Under the pieces are notes generated by a model. That model was not told the DNA's origin and searched no databases. It worked only from the letters and a program-made list of their open reading frames with translations. A stretch of 64,000 bases of DNA from Patescibacteria group bacterium (GTDB lineage: Bacteria; Patescibacteriota; Minisyncoccia; UBA6257; 2-01-FULL-56-20), in the NCBI GenBank assembly GCA_018971305.1, contig JAGXBC010000001.1, positions 31,408-95,407 on the forward strand. Direction: 5' to 3'. Below, piece after piece: positions 45,631 through 54,962 of this stretch; the first letter of the stretch is position 1, and every line of letters begins with the position of its first letter. The translations under genes and the position numbers were made by a program.

Positions 45631-46023
45631 TTACGACAAGCTTGCCGTTGGCCGGTAGAACTCGCTGTGGCCATTAGAGACCAACAACGAGTCAACCTTC
45701 TGGCCATTGTTCCGGCGGCGGCAGACCTTACCACTTACCACGCGAAGGGTAACAACCTCTCCGCATGGCCGTTCGTAGGCGACGGTCTGTCCGCGCCGCT
45801 TGAACGTGCGAATCGTTGGCTGCGCTGGCGGCTGACGCCGGAAGTGGTCCAAGAATCCGACTGGCTTTGATAATGGAACGGGTAACGCAGGCTCAATCTG
45901 CTTCGCTGCCCTGGTCATAACATCGTCATCATGCAGTGGAGTCACCACCATTAATCTGGTGGTTTTGGGAGACGTAGAATTACGCACTCCGAGAATCGAA
46001 TACAGCAGATTCAAAAATTTCAT
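45631..46023 (-). CDS. Hypothetical secreted protein (130 aa)
   Basis: Signal-like N-terminus MKFLNLLYSILGV; slightly GC-richer than the flanks; no motif. Confidence 0.35.
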   Translation of the reverse strand: MKFLNLLYSILGVRNSTSPKTTRLMVVTPLHDDDVMTRAAKQIEPALPVPLSKPVGFLDHFRRQPPAQPTIRTFKRRGQTVAYERPCGEVVTLRVVSGKVCRRRNNGQKVDSLLVSNGHSEFYRPTASLS

Positions 46024-46121
46024 GATTTTCTCTCCTCTAAGGAATTTTTGCCTTAAACTACGAGGCCTTTCCCCACTGACAAAACTTTACTCTTTGGATA
46101 TGCTAGCATATTATATATAAA

Positions 46122-47084
46122 ATGTCAAGTAATAAACCTCTGCCCAAAATCTTAGTCGTCGTTGGCCCTACAGCAAGCGGTAAATCGTCTCTGGCCATAA
46201 AATTGGCTCGCAAATTCAACGGCGAAATTATTTCCGCCGATTCACGGCAAGTCTACAGAGGAATGGATATTGGAACGGGTAAGGTCAGCAAGAAGGAAAT
46301 GAGTGGTATCCCCCACCATCTCTTAAGCATCGCCTCGCCTAAAAGGATATTTACCGCTGCCCATTATCAGAAACTGGCACGCCAAGCCACAAAGAAAATA
46401 ATAAATAGAGGGAGGTTGCCGATAGTTGTAGGTGGCACGGGGCTTTATATGGATGCGCTTCTATATGACTATCCACTACCGAAAGTAAGACCTAATTCTA
46501 AATTGAGAAGTATCCTGGAGAAACGCTCTGCTGAATCTCTTTTTTCAGAACTGGAAAAATTAGACGGCCGCCGCGCAAAAACCATAGATAGACACAATAA
46601 GCGTCGTCTCATACGGGCCTTAGAAATAATTTCTGCAACAGGTAAACCCGTGCCAAGGCTGGCCGCTAAGGAACCTCTTTTTGATATATTGAAGATAGGG
46701 CTAAACCCACCAGATAATGAATTAAGAAGAAAGATAGCCACACGACTCCGCTTAAGATTAAAACGAGGAATGATAGCCGAAGTTAAGCGCTTACTTGCAA
46801 ATGGTGTAAGCTCAAATCGTCTGAACAATCTCGGTCTGGAATATCGTTTTGTCAGCAGTTACTTAAAAGGATCAATAACGAAGGAGGAAATGCTGGAGAC
46901 CCTAGAGAAGGAAATCATACGCTACGCCAAACGGCAGATGACCTGGTTTAGAAAAGGTGGGCAGACGATGTGGATAAAAAATTTGGCGGCGACCATAAAA
47001 GAGGTGAAGGATTTCTTGGATATTGACAGAAAACATACAGAGTACAATCGAGGTAATAAAATTCAGGGGAATATTGTAATATAA
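46122..47084 (+). CDS. miaA: tRNA dimethylallyltransferase
   Basis: P-loop VVGPTASGKSSLAIKLA, SADSRQVYRGMDIGTGK, GGTGLYMDALL, typical of MiaA. Confidence 0.85.
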   Translation: MSSNKPLPKILVVVGPTASGKSSLAIKLARKFNGEIISADSRQVYRGMDIGTGKVSKKEMSGIPHHLLSIASPKRIFTAAHYQKLARQATKKIINRGRLPIVVGGTGLYMDALLYDYPLPKVRPNSKLRSILEKRSAESLFSELEKLDGRRAKTIDRHNKRRLIRALEIISATGKPVPRLAAKEPLFDILKIGLNPPDNELRRKIATRLRLRLKRGMIAEVKRLLANGVSSNRLNNLGLEYRFVSSYLKGSITKEEMLETLEKEIIRYAKRQMTWFRKGGQTMWIKNLAATIKEVKDFLDIDRKHTEYNRGNKIQGNIVI

Positions 47085-47128
47085 GTTAAGATAACGAAAG
47101 GTCGGAGGAATATTAAACTAGACAAGAT

Positions 47129-47497
47129 ATGGATAATAATCAAAAATCTCAGGATCAAGAAAAAATGGAGTGTAAATGCCCGCTCTGTGAGGGCAAAGGG
47201 ATAATGCATGGCGGTATGTGTCAATTGTGCCATTGGGGGCATTGGGGCCATGGAGGCGGACACAGAATTTTCCGGCTGCTCATAAAACTCGCAATTATTT
47301 TTTTGGTCTTCTGGTTCGGCGTAAAAGTCGGGCAAGTGAGTAATCGCTTCAGGACATATATGCACAACGGAGTTCAGGGCGGTTATTACAATATGATGGC
47401 TCCAGACGAAAATTACGGCGGGGGCTATGGCCCATGGATGATGCGTGGCTACAATGGCTATGCAGCTCCGCAGCAATCAACGACAACCCAAAAATAA
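47129..47497 (+). CDS. Small Cys/His-rich membrane protein (zinc-ribbon-like CxxC-x10-CxxC, HWGHWGHGGGH repeat, one TM, Gly/Tyr-rich tail)
   Basis: CKCPLCEGKGIMHGGMCQLCHWGHWGHGGGH, then TM LLIKLAIIFLVFWFGV, then GGYYNMM..GGGYGPWMMRGYNGY. Confidence 0.45.
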   Translation: MDNNQKSQDQEKMECKCPLCEGKGIMHGGMCQLCHWGHWGHGGGHRIFRLLIKLAIIFLVFWFGVKVGQVSNRFRTYMHNGVQGGYYNMMAPDENYGGGYGPWMMRGYNGYAAPQQSTTTQK

Positions 47498-47512
47498 TCG
47501 TACTCACACAAT

Positions 47513-47551
47513 AATAAAAATACCCCTAGCATTAGGCTAGGGGTATTTTTA
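47513..47551. terminator. Bidirectional Rho-independent terminator between the convergent 47129 ORF and the HIT gene
   Basis: Stem acccctagc(47522-47530)/gctaggggt(47536-47544), flanked by AATAAAAAT upstream and ATTTTTA downstream. Confidence 0.65.
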
Positions 47552-47556
47552 TTAAA

Positions 47557-48006
47557 TCAATAATTTTTTATTTTTGATCTTAAGTTGGACGCCAAAACTG
47601 ATAATTCTTTTTCGGGTAATGGTTCACGCGAACGGGGACGATAAAGAAATTCTCGCGGATCATACTTTAATACCCCTTTGTCATTTTTCTTTCTCGGCAA
47701 TATGTGCAAATGGAAATGGTCCACTTGCTGGCCAGCTACCGGTCCCTCATTCCAGGCATAATTAAACCCGCTCGCTTTGAATATTCTTTTTAGAGCTGTC
47801 TTTAATTTTTTCTGCAAATGAATGATGGCTGTTATCTCAGAAGCCGTAAGATCGTTCACGGTGCTGGCGTGCCTCTTTGGAGCGATCAACATGTGCCCTG
47901 GCACTACCGGAATATGCGTAAGGAAGGCCCAGGCCAGTTTATTTTCAATAATCTTTCTTCTTTTAATTTCAGGCGACGTACAAAATGGACAATTTTTGTC
48001 AGTCAT
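47557..48006 (-). CDS. HIT-family (histidine triad) nucleotide hydrolase/transferase
   Basis: Histidine triad DHFHLHILPR and N-terminal CPFC zinc motif. Confidence 0.8.
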   Translation of the reverse strand: MTDKNCPFCTSPEIKRRKIIENKLAWAFLTHIPVVPGHMLIAPKRHASTVNDLTASEITAIIHLQKKLKTALKRIFKASGFNYAWNEGPVAGQQVDHFHLHILPRKKNDKGVLKYDPREFLYRPRSREPLPEKELSVLASNLRSKIKNY

Positions 48007-48117
48007 CGGACTTATAATATCAGATTATCTCTGAATTTCATGAATTATTTTTTTATTGCTGTAGTTTTATACCCCTATAATAGCATATCTAATCTTCACA
48101 AATGATAATACTTATAG

Positions 48118-48149
48118 AAAAAAATCGGCTGGCGCAATCGCGAAGCCGA
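48118..48149 (-). terminator. Rho-independent terminator-like hairpin in the GNAT-HIT intergenic region
   Basis: Imperfect stem within tcggctggcgcaatcgcgaagccga, followed on the minus strand by TTTTTTTCTAT. Confidence 0.4.
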
Positions 48150-48410
48150 CACAATATTGTGAGCACCCTAATCGGTATCTGCTGTAGCATCATATTTATC
48201 TGAAATACCATGCATCAATTTCCAGCCATTAAAATAAGCTATCGCAATTACAACAATAACTTCTCGTAAGAAACTCAGCCCTCGCTTTATCCGCTTCATA
48301 TCTATAAACTCCTAGAAAAATAAACGTCTATAACAAATTGTATCTGTTCCAAGATAATATTCAAGACACTGCCTGTCGTCTGCTCTTAAAATACCTAACC
48401 ACCGAACGCA

Positions 48411-49508
48411 TCAAAAATCTTCCTTGCCTGCCTGGCCGTGATCGGCCGCCGCATATTCGCGGAACAACAAGCCTTTTCCCCTCGCTCGTTCCCGCGCTTC
48501 TTTTGTAAGGAATATCAACTGGCCATTATTATTCAAATCGCCCTCAAATTCATCCGCAATCTTGTTGTTATAATCCAAGTGGGCCTGATAAGCAGCCGGG
48601 TTATCTTTAAAGGCTTCCTGCGGCCAAATATTATTCCAGCGGTAAAACGCGCGCACAGTCTGCATCACATCTATCTTGCTCGGCGGCTGCTGGCCGAAGC
48701 TGTCAATCATCAAGTGTTCCGGCGCTTCACCGGAACCCTCTGCGGGCAAACCGGTATCCTCATCAAAATCCAGAGCCGGCTGAACATATTTAACTTCTTC
48801 GTATTTTTTCGGATCTTCCGGATTTTCCATATACGAACGGCTCCAGCCGACTTTGTTCCAAAAATTTTCCGAAGTATACGTAAATTCCCCGGCGGCGAAA
48901 GCCAGCTCTTTGCCATCACTCTCGGCATCAATTGCGGAATCCATAATAGCCGAGGTATAAGCTTCACGGGCCAATCCTCCCTGCCTGCATTCCTTGTCGG
49001 TAACGGCATAAGCGACCATAAACATCTTCTTCCCCGTAGGCTTATTCTGCTCGTCGTATAAATCCAAAGAACCACCGGTTACGGTAGAGACGACCTTGCC
49101 CTCGGCGTTCTTAACAACAAAAACTTTATAAACTACACCGTCTTTAGTGCCAAAAGGAGTTTTTCCTTCTACGGCAGCCCTTAAAATTTCTTCCGAGTCA
49201 ACTTCTTCTTTACCGAACGTTCTTTCAAATAATCCCTGCACTTCGGTGAGTTCGGGGCTGTCCGAACGTTCAATTGCTTCAATCTTGAATTTATCGCCGT
49301 TAATTTCAATTTCTCCCGAAGGAGAGTCCGGACTCTGGCGAGAAAATTTGCTTTCGCGCTGCAACTTCTTAACGGTCCGCCAAACAGGCCGGCTCTTCGC
49401 GGCCTCTACCATGCATTCTTCGCATTTATCTCCGCGCGCAACGCCATGAGGGCATAAGGCCCCCTCTGAAGATTTCCCCAAATTGATACCTATATGCTCA
49501 AAGCCCAT
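48411..49508 (-). CDS. Hypothetical protein with N-terminal zinc-ribbon (CPHG...CEEC) and a GNAT-like acyltransferase-fold core
   Basis: CPHGVARGDKCEEC at the N-terminus; a GNAT motif-A-like segment MFMVAYAVTDKECRQGGLAREAYTSAI; acidic C-terminal domain. Confidence 0.45.
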   Translation of the reverse strand: MGFEHIGINLGKSSEGALCPHGVARGDKCEECMVEAAKSRPVWRTVKKLQRESKFSRQSPDSPSGEIEINGDKFKIEAIERSDSPELTEVQGLFERTFGKEEVDSEEILRAAVEGKTPFGTKDGVVYKVFVVKNAEGKVVSTVTGGSLDLYDEQNKPTGKKMFMVAYAVTDKECRQGGLAREAYTSAIMDSAIDAESDGKELAFAAGEFTYTSENFWNKVGWSRSYMENPEDPKKYEEVKYVQPALDFDEDTGLPAEGSGEAPEHLMIDSFGQQPPSKIDVMQTVRAFYRWNNIWPQEAFKDNPAAYQAHLDYNNKIADEFEGDLNNNGQLIFLTKEARERARGKGLLFREYAAADHGQAGKEDF

Positions 49509-49537
49509 GTTAGCCGTAGTTTAATCTATTATTAAAC

Positions 49538-50959
49538 TTACTTCAATTCTTTCTCAAAAATTTCTTTGAGTGTCGCGGGATTGCCACGCCCCTTGAGGCG
49601 GCCCATCGCCTGGCCAATCAGAAACTGCATGCTCGCCGCCTTGCCTTTTTTATAATCCTCAACGGCTTTTGGATTTTTTTCTAGAATTTCTTTAACGACT
49701 TTTTCCAATTCGCCGGAATCGGAAACGGTTTCCAGGCCTTCGCTTTTTATGATATCCTCTGGGTCCAACCCAGTATCAAACATTTTCTTAAGAACATCTT
49801 TAGCCTGGCGGCTGCCGATCTTCCCTTTCTCTATAAGAGACACGAGATGCGCTAAATGTTCCGGGTCAATTTTAATGTCGGCAAAACCGGTATCAGATTC
49901 GTTCATTAAACCACGTAAGTCGCTGGTTAAATAATGGTAAGTAGCAATCGCCCCAGATGATAACACAGTAGGTTTTGTTATCATCGCGCGAAGTTCGGAA
50001 ATCGCCTCTTCAAAATAATTTGCCATATCTGGACTACCAACGAGTATCTCTATTTGTTTATCATCGAGCTTATATTCTTTCGCAAACCGAGCACGCTTCT
50101 GCGCCGGCAATTCGGTGATGGAATCTTTCAACGCCTCCAAATCAAAAACGTTGGTTTCGAACGGAGGCAAGTCCGGCTCCGGGAAATAACGATAATCGTG
50201 CGCTTCTTCTTTGCTCCGCTGGCTTACCGTTTTTCTTTTAGCCTCGTCCCAACCACGAGTCTCCTGCCTTATCTCCACACCTTTTTCCAAATCTTCAATT
50301 TGCCGCTTGATTTCATATTCAATCGCGTCTTTCGCAAAACGGAAAGAATTTATGTTCTTCAACTCCGTCTTCGTTCCCATATTAATGCTGACATTCGCTT
50401 CTATGCGCATCTGGCCTTTTTCCATATCGGCATCGGCAACGCCCAAATAGCGCAAAATAAGCTGGAGTTCCCGGGCAAAAGCAGTAACTTCTTCTGCCGA
50501 CTTCAAGTCCGGCTCGGTGACGAGTTCCATAAGCGGCACACTCGCACGATTGAAATCAACTAAGCTGGAATTATCTTTATTGTCGTGAATCAGCGTTCCA
50601 GTATCTTCTTCTAAGTGCACGCGGCGAACGCGCACACCATTCAATTCACCCCCAACAACCAGCGGTTGGTCGTATTGCGAAATTTGATAGCCTTTAGGCA
50701 AATCCGGATAAAAATAATTCTTGCGGTCAAATTTCGTAATGGGATTTATCTTCCCGCCGAGAGCGAAACCGACTTTAATAACGTGCTCTACTGCTTGCTT
50801 ATTGATGGTCGGCAAAGCTCCGGGATGCCCCAGACACACCGGGCAGACATTTTCGTTCGGATGTTTTTCATTCGGGTCGTTCAAAGAATCGCAGAACATT
50901 TTCGTCCGTGTCTTCAACTCAGCATGTATCTCCAGACCAATTGTCGGCTTGTAGTCCAT
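49538..50959 (-). CDS. gatB: Asp-tRNA(Asn)/Glu-tRNA(Gln) amidotransferase subunit B
   Basis: MDYKPTIGLEIHAEL...CPVCLGHPGALP...YFYPDLPKGYQISQ, typical of GatB; C-terminal YqeY-like domain. Confidence 0.9.
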   Translation of the reverse strand: MDYKPTIGLEIHAELKTRTKMFCDSLNDPNEKHPNENVCPVCLGHPGALPTINKQAVEHVIKVGFALGGKINPITKFDRKNYFYPDLPKGYQISQYDQPLVVGGELNGVRVRRVHLEEDTGTLIHDNKDNSSLVDFNRASVPLMELVTEPDLKSAEEVTAFARELQLILRYLGVADADMEKGQMRIEANVSINMGTKTELKNINSFRFAKDAIEYEIKRQIEDLEKGVEIRQETRGWDEAKRKTVSQRSKEEAHDYRYFPEPDLPPFETNVFDLEALKDSITELPAQKRARFAKEYKLDDKQIEILVGSPDMANYFEEAISELRAMITKPTVLSSGAIATYHYLTSDLRGLMNESDTGFADIKIDPEHLAHLVSLIEKGKIGSRQAKDVLKKMFDTGLDPEDIIKSEGLETVSDSGELEKVVKEILEKNPKAVEDYKKGKAASMQFLIGQAMGRLKGRGNPATLKEIFEKELK

Positions 50960-51073
50960 TTACTTAATATTAAAACGCTGCGGCAGTTTTTGGAATAGCG
51001 CCCGAGATTGACCAGTTTGTATTTGTGTTATAAGTTGTGATTAGCAACGATAAAAAAACCGAGGAGGTAACGC

Positions 51074-51844
51074 ATGGTAATCCGTAGGTGGGAACACGAA
51101 GTATTCGATATTTTGCCACAGGAGAGAAGGGCAAATATAGACATAGTTTCCAGCGCCTATAGTTCCGTGCTTGGAGATAAGGCATACCTGTCAATGCCCA
51201 TCACAAGCGGGAAAAGATATTACGAAATTCTTGATCATTATGGCGTCAAAACAGTAGAAGAGTTGGAGAAAAAAATCCCCGGGGCTCTGCGTGAAGAGAT
51301 TATCATACCCAACATAGATGATGGTAAAAAATTCGCCGAGCGATTGGCGCCAGAACTTGATTCGTCTCTTATAGTTCCAGCCATATTCGAAGCCCGCAGA
51401 CAACGCTGGACCCAAGAAGAATACATGGTTCTCTGGCTTCGCCTGCTTACCAAATCAGTCAAAGAAATATATCTTCTTGACGGCTGGGAATACTCCAACG
51501 GCGGTGCGATTGAATTCGCTCGCGGACTGATGATTCGCTATCGTTTTATCGAAGAACGCAATGACCGCCTCCTGATCTACGATCATAAGAAACGGCCGGT
51601 CAGCATAGAAGAAGGAGCAAGAAAATTGACCGAGGCGATAAAAGACCTAACGCGGAGAGGACATCAAACAAGTACTCTGCGCAAAGAACTTGGCAGGGTT
51701 GCCGGCATCGCGGCATATTGCAACGATTATCTAACCAGCCGAGATAAATGGGCCTACCATGCCAACGGAATCGGATTGAATTCAGGCGCAACTATCACTG
51801 CAGCCAAATCTGTCGGCGCAATGATAGCACTAACACGGGATTAG
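51074..51844 (+). CDS. Nucleoside 2-deoxyribosyltransferase-like (DUF4406-like) protein
   Basis: YLSMPITSG and LLDGWEYSNGGAIEFARGL resemble the deoxyribosyltransferase-like catalytic Glu/Gly region; extra ~90-aa C-terminal extension. Confidence 0.45.
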   Translation: MVIRRWEHEVFDILPQERRANIDIVSSAYSSVLGDKAYLSMPITSGKRYYEILDHYGVKTVEELEKKIPGALREEIIIPNIDDGKKFAERLAPELDSSLIVPAIFEARRQRWTQEEYMVLWLRLLTKSVKEIYLLDGWEYSNGGAIEFARGLMIRYRFIEERNDRLLIYDHKKRPVSIEEGARKLTEAIKDLTRRGHQTSTLRKELGRVAGIAAYCNDYLTSRDKWAYHANGIGLNSGATITAAKSVGAMIALTRD

Positions 51845-51902
51845 GAACCACCCGGCGATTTTATCCGCCGGGATTTTTATTTCTATATTTTGCTTCCGAG
51901 GT

Positions 51903-52361
51903 TTACGCCAATCGCTTCAGTAATTCCTCCGGAGTTGAAACTGCTTCGTGAATAAGCTTCTGGCTGGACGGCTCTTCGTAGAGGTCGTTGGGATAACTCC
52001 CCATCAGCGTTTTCGGATTCAACGCATAGCACATTTTCCCGGCCATGGCTGCGGCGAACAATTCTCCGGTGGTATTAACTCCCAGATAACCGTCTTTGTT
52101 AAAAATAAAACAAACGTCGGCAACCCGGACCTTGCGGAAAAGATGATCGTAAACTTTTCCGGCGACTGTTTCCCGGTAATTCGGTTCGTTCAACCTATCT
52201 TTTTCGTGCAGCTTCTCAAAATTCGGCGAACGGTCTTCAAAATTCGGTTCCAAAATAACAGGGTGCAATCCTTTTTCGGCTGCGACAATTTTTAATTGTG
52301 TTATAAATTCTCCTAACTCTTTTTTAAAACGGACGCTTGAACAAAAGACAACTGATTTCAT
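51903..52361 (-). CDS. Nucleoside 2-deoxyribosyltransferase family protein
   Basis: Classic YLGVNTTGELFAAAMAGK (D.GT..E.G.A.A.GK) motif near the C-terminus. Confidence 0.6.
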   Translation of the reverse strand: MKSVVFCSSVRFKKELGEFITQLKIVAAEKGLHPVILEPNFEDRSPNFEKLHEKDRLNEPNYRETVAGKVYDHLFRKVRVADVCFIFNKDGYLGVNTTGELFAAAMAGKMCYALNPKTLMGSYPNDLYEEPSSQKLIHEAVSTPEELLKRLA

Positions 52362-52454
52362 GTTTTTGATTAATTATAAGCCGCCACAGAACAAACTGTC
52401 CTGTGCACAACTCCATAAAAATCTTTGTTGGGGGTCAAATAATAGGAACTGCCC

Positions 52455-52883
52455 TCAGATAACGATTTTGAGAGCAGGAAAAATATATTGAAACCAGGCA
52501 GGATCACATTCTCCGCTTAAAACGAATAGCTTCATCTCGCTCGGGGACATAAACTTAAGGAATTTATGCTTATCCGGCTCCTTGAGTTCCGTCTGACCGG
52601 CAACAACCACCTCATAAACCCACCACTCATGAGCCGTATGCCCCTTTTTAGGACAGGGGTTGGGAAAAGTGTCATTCAAAACTAGCTTGGCGCTCGTTAC
52701 CGTAAGCCCGGTTTCTTCTATAAGCTCCCTTTTAAGGGCCTCTTCCGGCCCCTCACCGGGGTCAACATGCCCGGCCGGCAACGCTAAACCCAACGGATGC
52801 CTAAGGCGATACTGGGTCAAATATTCTCCTTGTTCATTCCTTATAATCGCACCTATGCTTTTACCGATATTTTCTTCCGACAT
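52455..52883 (-). CDS. NUDIX hydrolase
   Basis: Nudix box GHVDPGEGPEEALKRELIEETGL (Gx5Ex7REuxEExGu). Confidence 0.8.
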   Translation of the reverse strand: MSEENIGKSIGAIIRNEQGEYLTQYRLRHPLGLALPAGHVDPGEGPEEALKRELIEETGLTVTSAKLVLNDTFPNPCPKKGHTAHEWWVYEVVVAGQTELKEPDKHKFLKFMSPSEMKLFVLSGECDPAWFQYIFPALKIVI

Positions 52884-52931
52884 AATATTACTTGATTATT
52901 GACGACTTGGAGCATAAAGTAAAGCTAATAA

Positions 52932-54215
52932 ATGCCCAAACGCTCCATACATACCCCCAAAGTCGTCGCCGACCCTCTTTACGGCATAATCGACATCCGC
53001 CCCGTCCTGCCAATGATAGAAACGGAAGAATTCCAGCTACTCGGAGACAAGCGCCAGCTCGGAATGTCTTACCTTACCTTTCCTTCGGCTACACATACCA
53101 GGCGCGCGCATTCTTTGGGAGCATATCACGCAACAAGAGAATTGGCGGACCGCTGGCTGGAATTCTGATTAATAAACGATAAAGAGGCCGACGCTCTGTC
53201 CGGCTACGCTCTTTACCACGATATCGGCCACCCGGCATTCTCCCATGTGACGGAAGATCTCTGTAAAATGGACAACGACGGCCTGGGATTGCAAATAATC
53301 AAAGGTCTTAGAAAACCGATAGAAGCCTGCGGCATAGATTATGATCTTCTGAAAAAAATGGCGAGTCACGATAATCCGCTATATCTCGCAGTACATGATA
53401 AAAATCTAGGGATGGAAAAGTTGGACTACTTGGAACGCGACGGACTCTATACCATACTCGCCCGCCCGGCCGGTATTGAATATCTACGGAGGCACGTTTA
53501 CTTCATTAACGGCGAGCTCGCGATTGACGAGAAGGTCATTGATAACGCTGTAGAAGCCCAGAATTTTTATATGAAAATGTATAAAAATGTTTATCTGCGA
53601 AAAAGTTCAGCCATCGCCCAAAGAATGGTGCAAAAAATGGTTTACCACCTTATAGCCGCGGGGGAAATAACCGTGGATGACCTGCCGAAACTAACGGATT
53701 CGGAGCTCGTGGGCTTTATATACTTTTCCCGAGATGAGACCGTAAAGACTCTCTATAGATTTCTGCGACGCCGTGACCTGTTCCGCGAAGCGATAATCTT
53801 CCGACCGGAAGCGTTCGCCAAATCGGAAGAAAAAAATGGCAAGTCCGTGAAAGTATTCGGGGTTACTAGCGGGGAAATAAAGGGGCTGACCTCTTCCCCC
53901 TCGCTCAAACAAAAAAATCTCTCCGGCCTAGAAGAATTGGAGGGTAAAATTGCCGCTTTATCCGGTATTCCCAAAAATTCAGTTCTGATAGTACCAGTTT
54001 TCAACCCCGATCGTTTCACGGCCAAGGATATAAAAATATATAAAAGTAATGGTAACCCGGAATCTCTCCAGAAACTCCTCCCGGCGCATTTCAAGAATAT
54101 GGAAGAAATTGCCCACTCCTACTGGACCTTGCGCATCTGCACTCAAGAACAATACAGAAATACTTTAAGTTCACCGAAGGTGGCCAAAGAAATTTTTGAC
54201 CTGCTCATAAAATAG
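52932..54215 (+). pseudogene. HD-domain phosphohydrolase (COG1078 / dNTP triphosphohydrolase-like) interrupted by a single in-frame TGA at 53166-53168
   Basis: ORFs 52932..53168 and 53247..54215 are in the same frame. Between them the frame reads ...ATHTRRAHSLGAYHATRELADRWLEF*LINDKEADALSGYALYHDIGHPAFSHV..., so the stop falls between the His motif and the HD motif of one HD domain. Confidence 0.6.
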
Positions 54216-54251
54216 CTGCCTCCGTCATGGCGGTCGTCATCGTTATCTTCT

Positions 54252-54881
54252 CTAAAACAACCCGCTTACTGTCTGCCAGATTTTTTCATGCAAAGTCTGC
54301 TGCGACTTAGTCGCATCCAATATTATCCAATGCTTTCTATCCGCGCGAGCCTGAGACAAAAATCCTTTCCGCACCAGATTATGGAATGCTATTTTCTCTT
54401 TCTCGAACGATGTCGCCTTCTTGATCCTGCGCATAAGTTGCGCCGGGTTGCCATCTAACAGGAAAATAATATCTGGGTAATATTTTTGCCTTACCGTTTC
54501 GTCCACAATTTTCATAATTTTCTCGTGTGTCTTAATGAGACCACGGCCGTATCCCTGATAGGCGAAAGTAGAACCAAAATTCCTGTCTTGGATAATATCG
54601 AAGCCGCCCTGCAAAAAAGGGATAATGTTCTGCTTATAGTCCAGAGATCTGTCGGACTCAAACAACAGAAACTCGGATAAAGGATCGAGCTCTCCCTGTG
54701 AACCCAGTAAAATATTACGGATCTTAAAACCTGCCGATGTGGATCCGGGTTCGTCGTTATATTTCACCTGCCGGCCTAATCTTTTTAATCTTTGGAATAA
54801 AAGAGTTGTCTGAGTAGTTTTCCCAGAACCCTCTCCACCCTCGAAAACTATGAATAATGGTTTTTGTTTTTGCCAAGGCAT
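54252..54881 (-). CDS. tmk: Thymidylate kinase
   Basis: P-loop FIVFEGGEGSGKTTQ; DR(N/Y) and lid regions present. Confidence 0.85.
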   Translation of the reverse strand: MPWQKQKPLFIVFEGGEGSGKTTQTTLLFQRLKRLGRQVKYNDEPGSTSAGFKIRNILLGSQGELDPLSEFLLFESDRSLDYKQNIIPFLQGGFDIIQDRNFGSTFAYQGYGRGLIKTHEKIMKIVDETVRQKYYPDIIFLLDGNPAQLMRRIKKATSFEKEKIAFHNLVRKGFLSQARADRKHWIILDATKSQQTLHEKIWQTVSGLF

Positions 54882-54903
54882 GACTTTATTAATATATTAC
54901 AGA

Positions 54904-54937
54904 AAAATAACAAAAATGCCGAGTGGACAACTCGGCA
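54904..54937 (-). terminator. Rho-independent terminator downstream of rplK
   Basis: Stem tgccgag(54917-54923)/ctcggca(54931-54937), followed on the minus strand by TTTTTGTTATTTTTCT. Confidence 0.6.
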
Positions 54938-54962
54938 GATGATTACAATCAGGACTCTTTCA

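Noticed and set aside
48438-49061. Plus-strand 207-aa ORF and other internal ORFs antisense to the GNAT-like gene, and similar antisense ORFs inside gatB, dnaG, sensor kinase, rpoBC, thrS, and serS
   Set aside because: All are embedded antisense or out-of-frame within strongly supported conserved genes and have no family signatures.
53166-53168. Alternative genetic code (UGA=Gly/Trp, as in SR1/Gracilibacteria or Mycoplasma) to explain the in-frame TGA in the HD gene
   Set aside because: Many confidently identified genes in the window terminate with TGA (for example the recombinase at 751, HIT gene, murI) and none of the long conserved genes contains internal TGA codons, so TGA is a genuine stop here.
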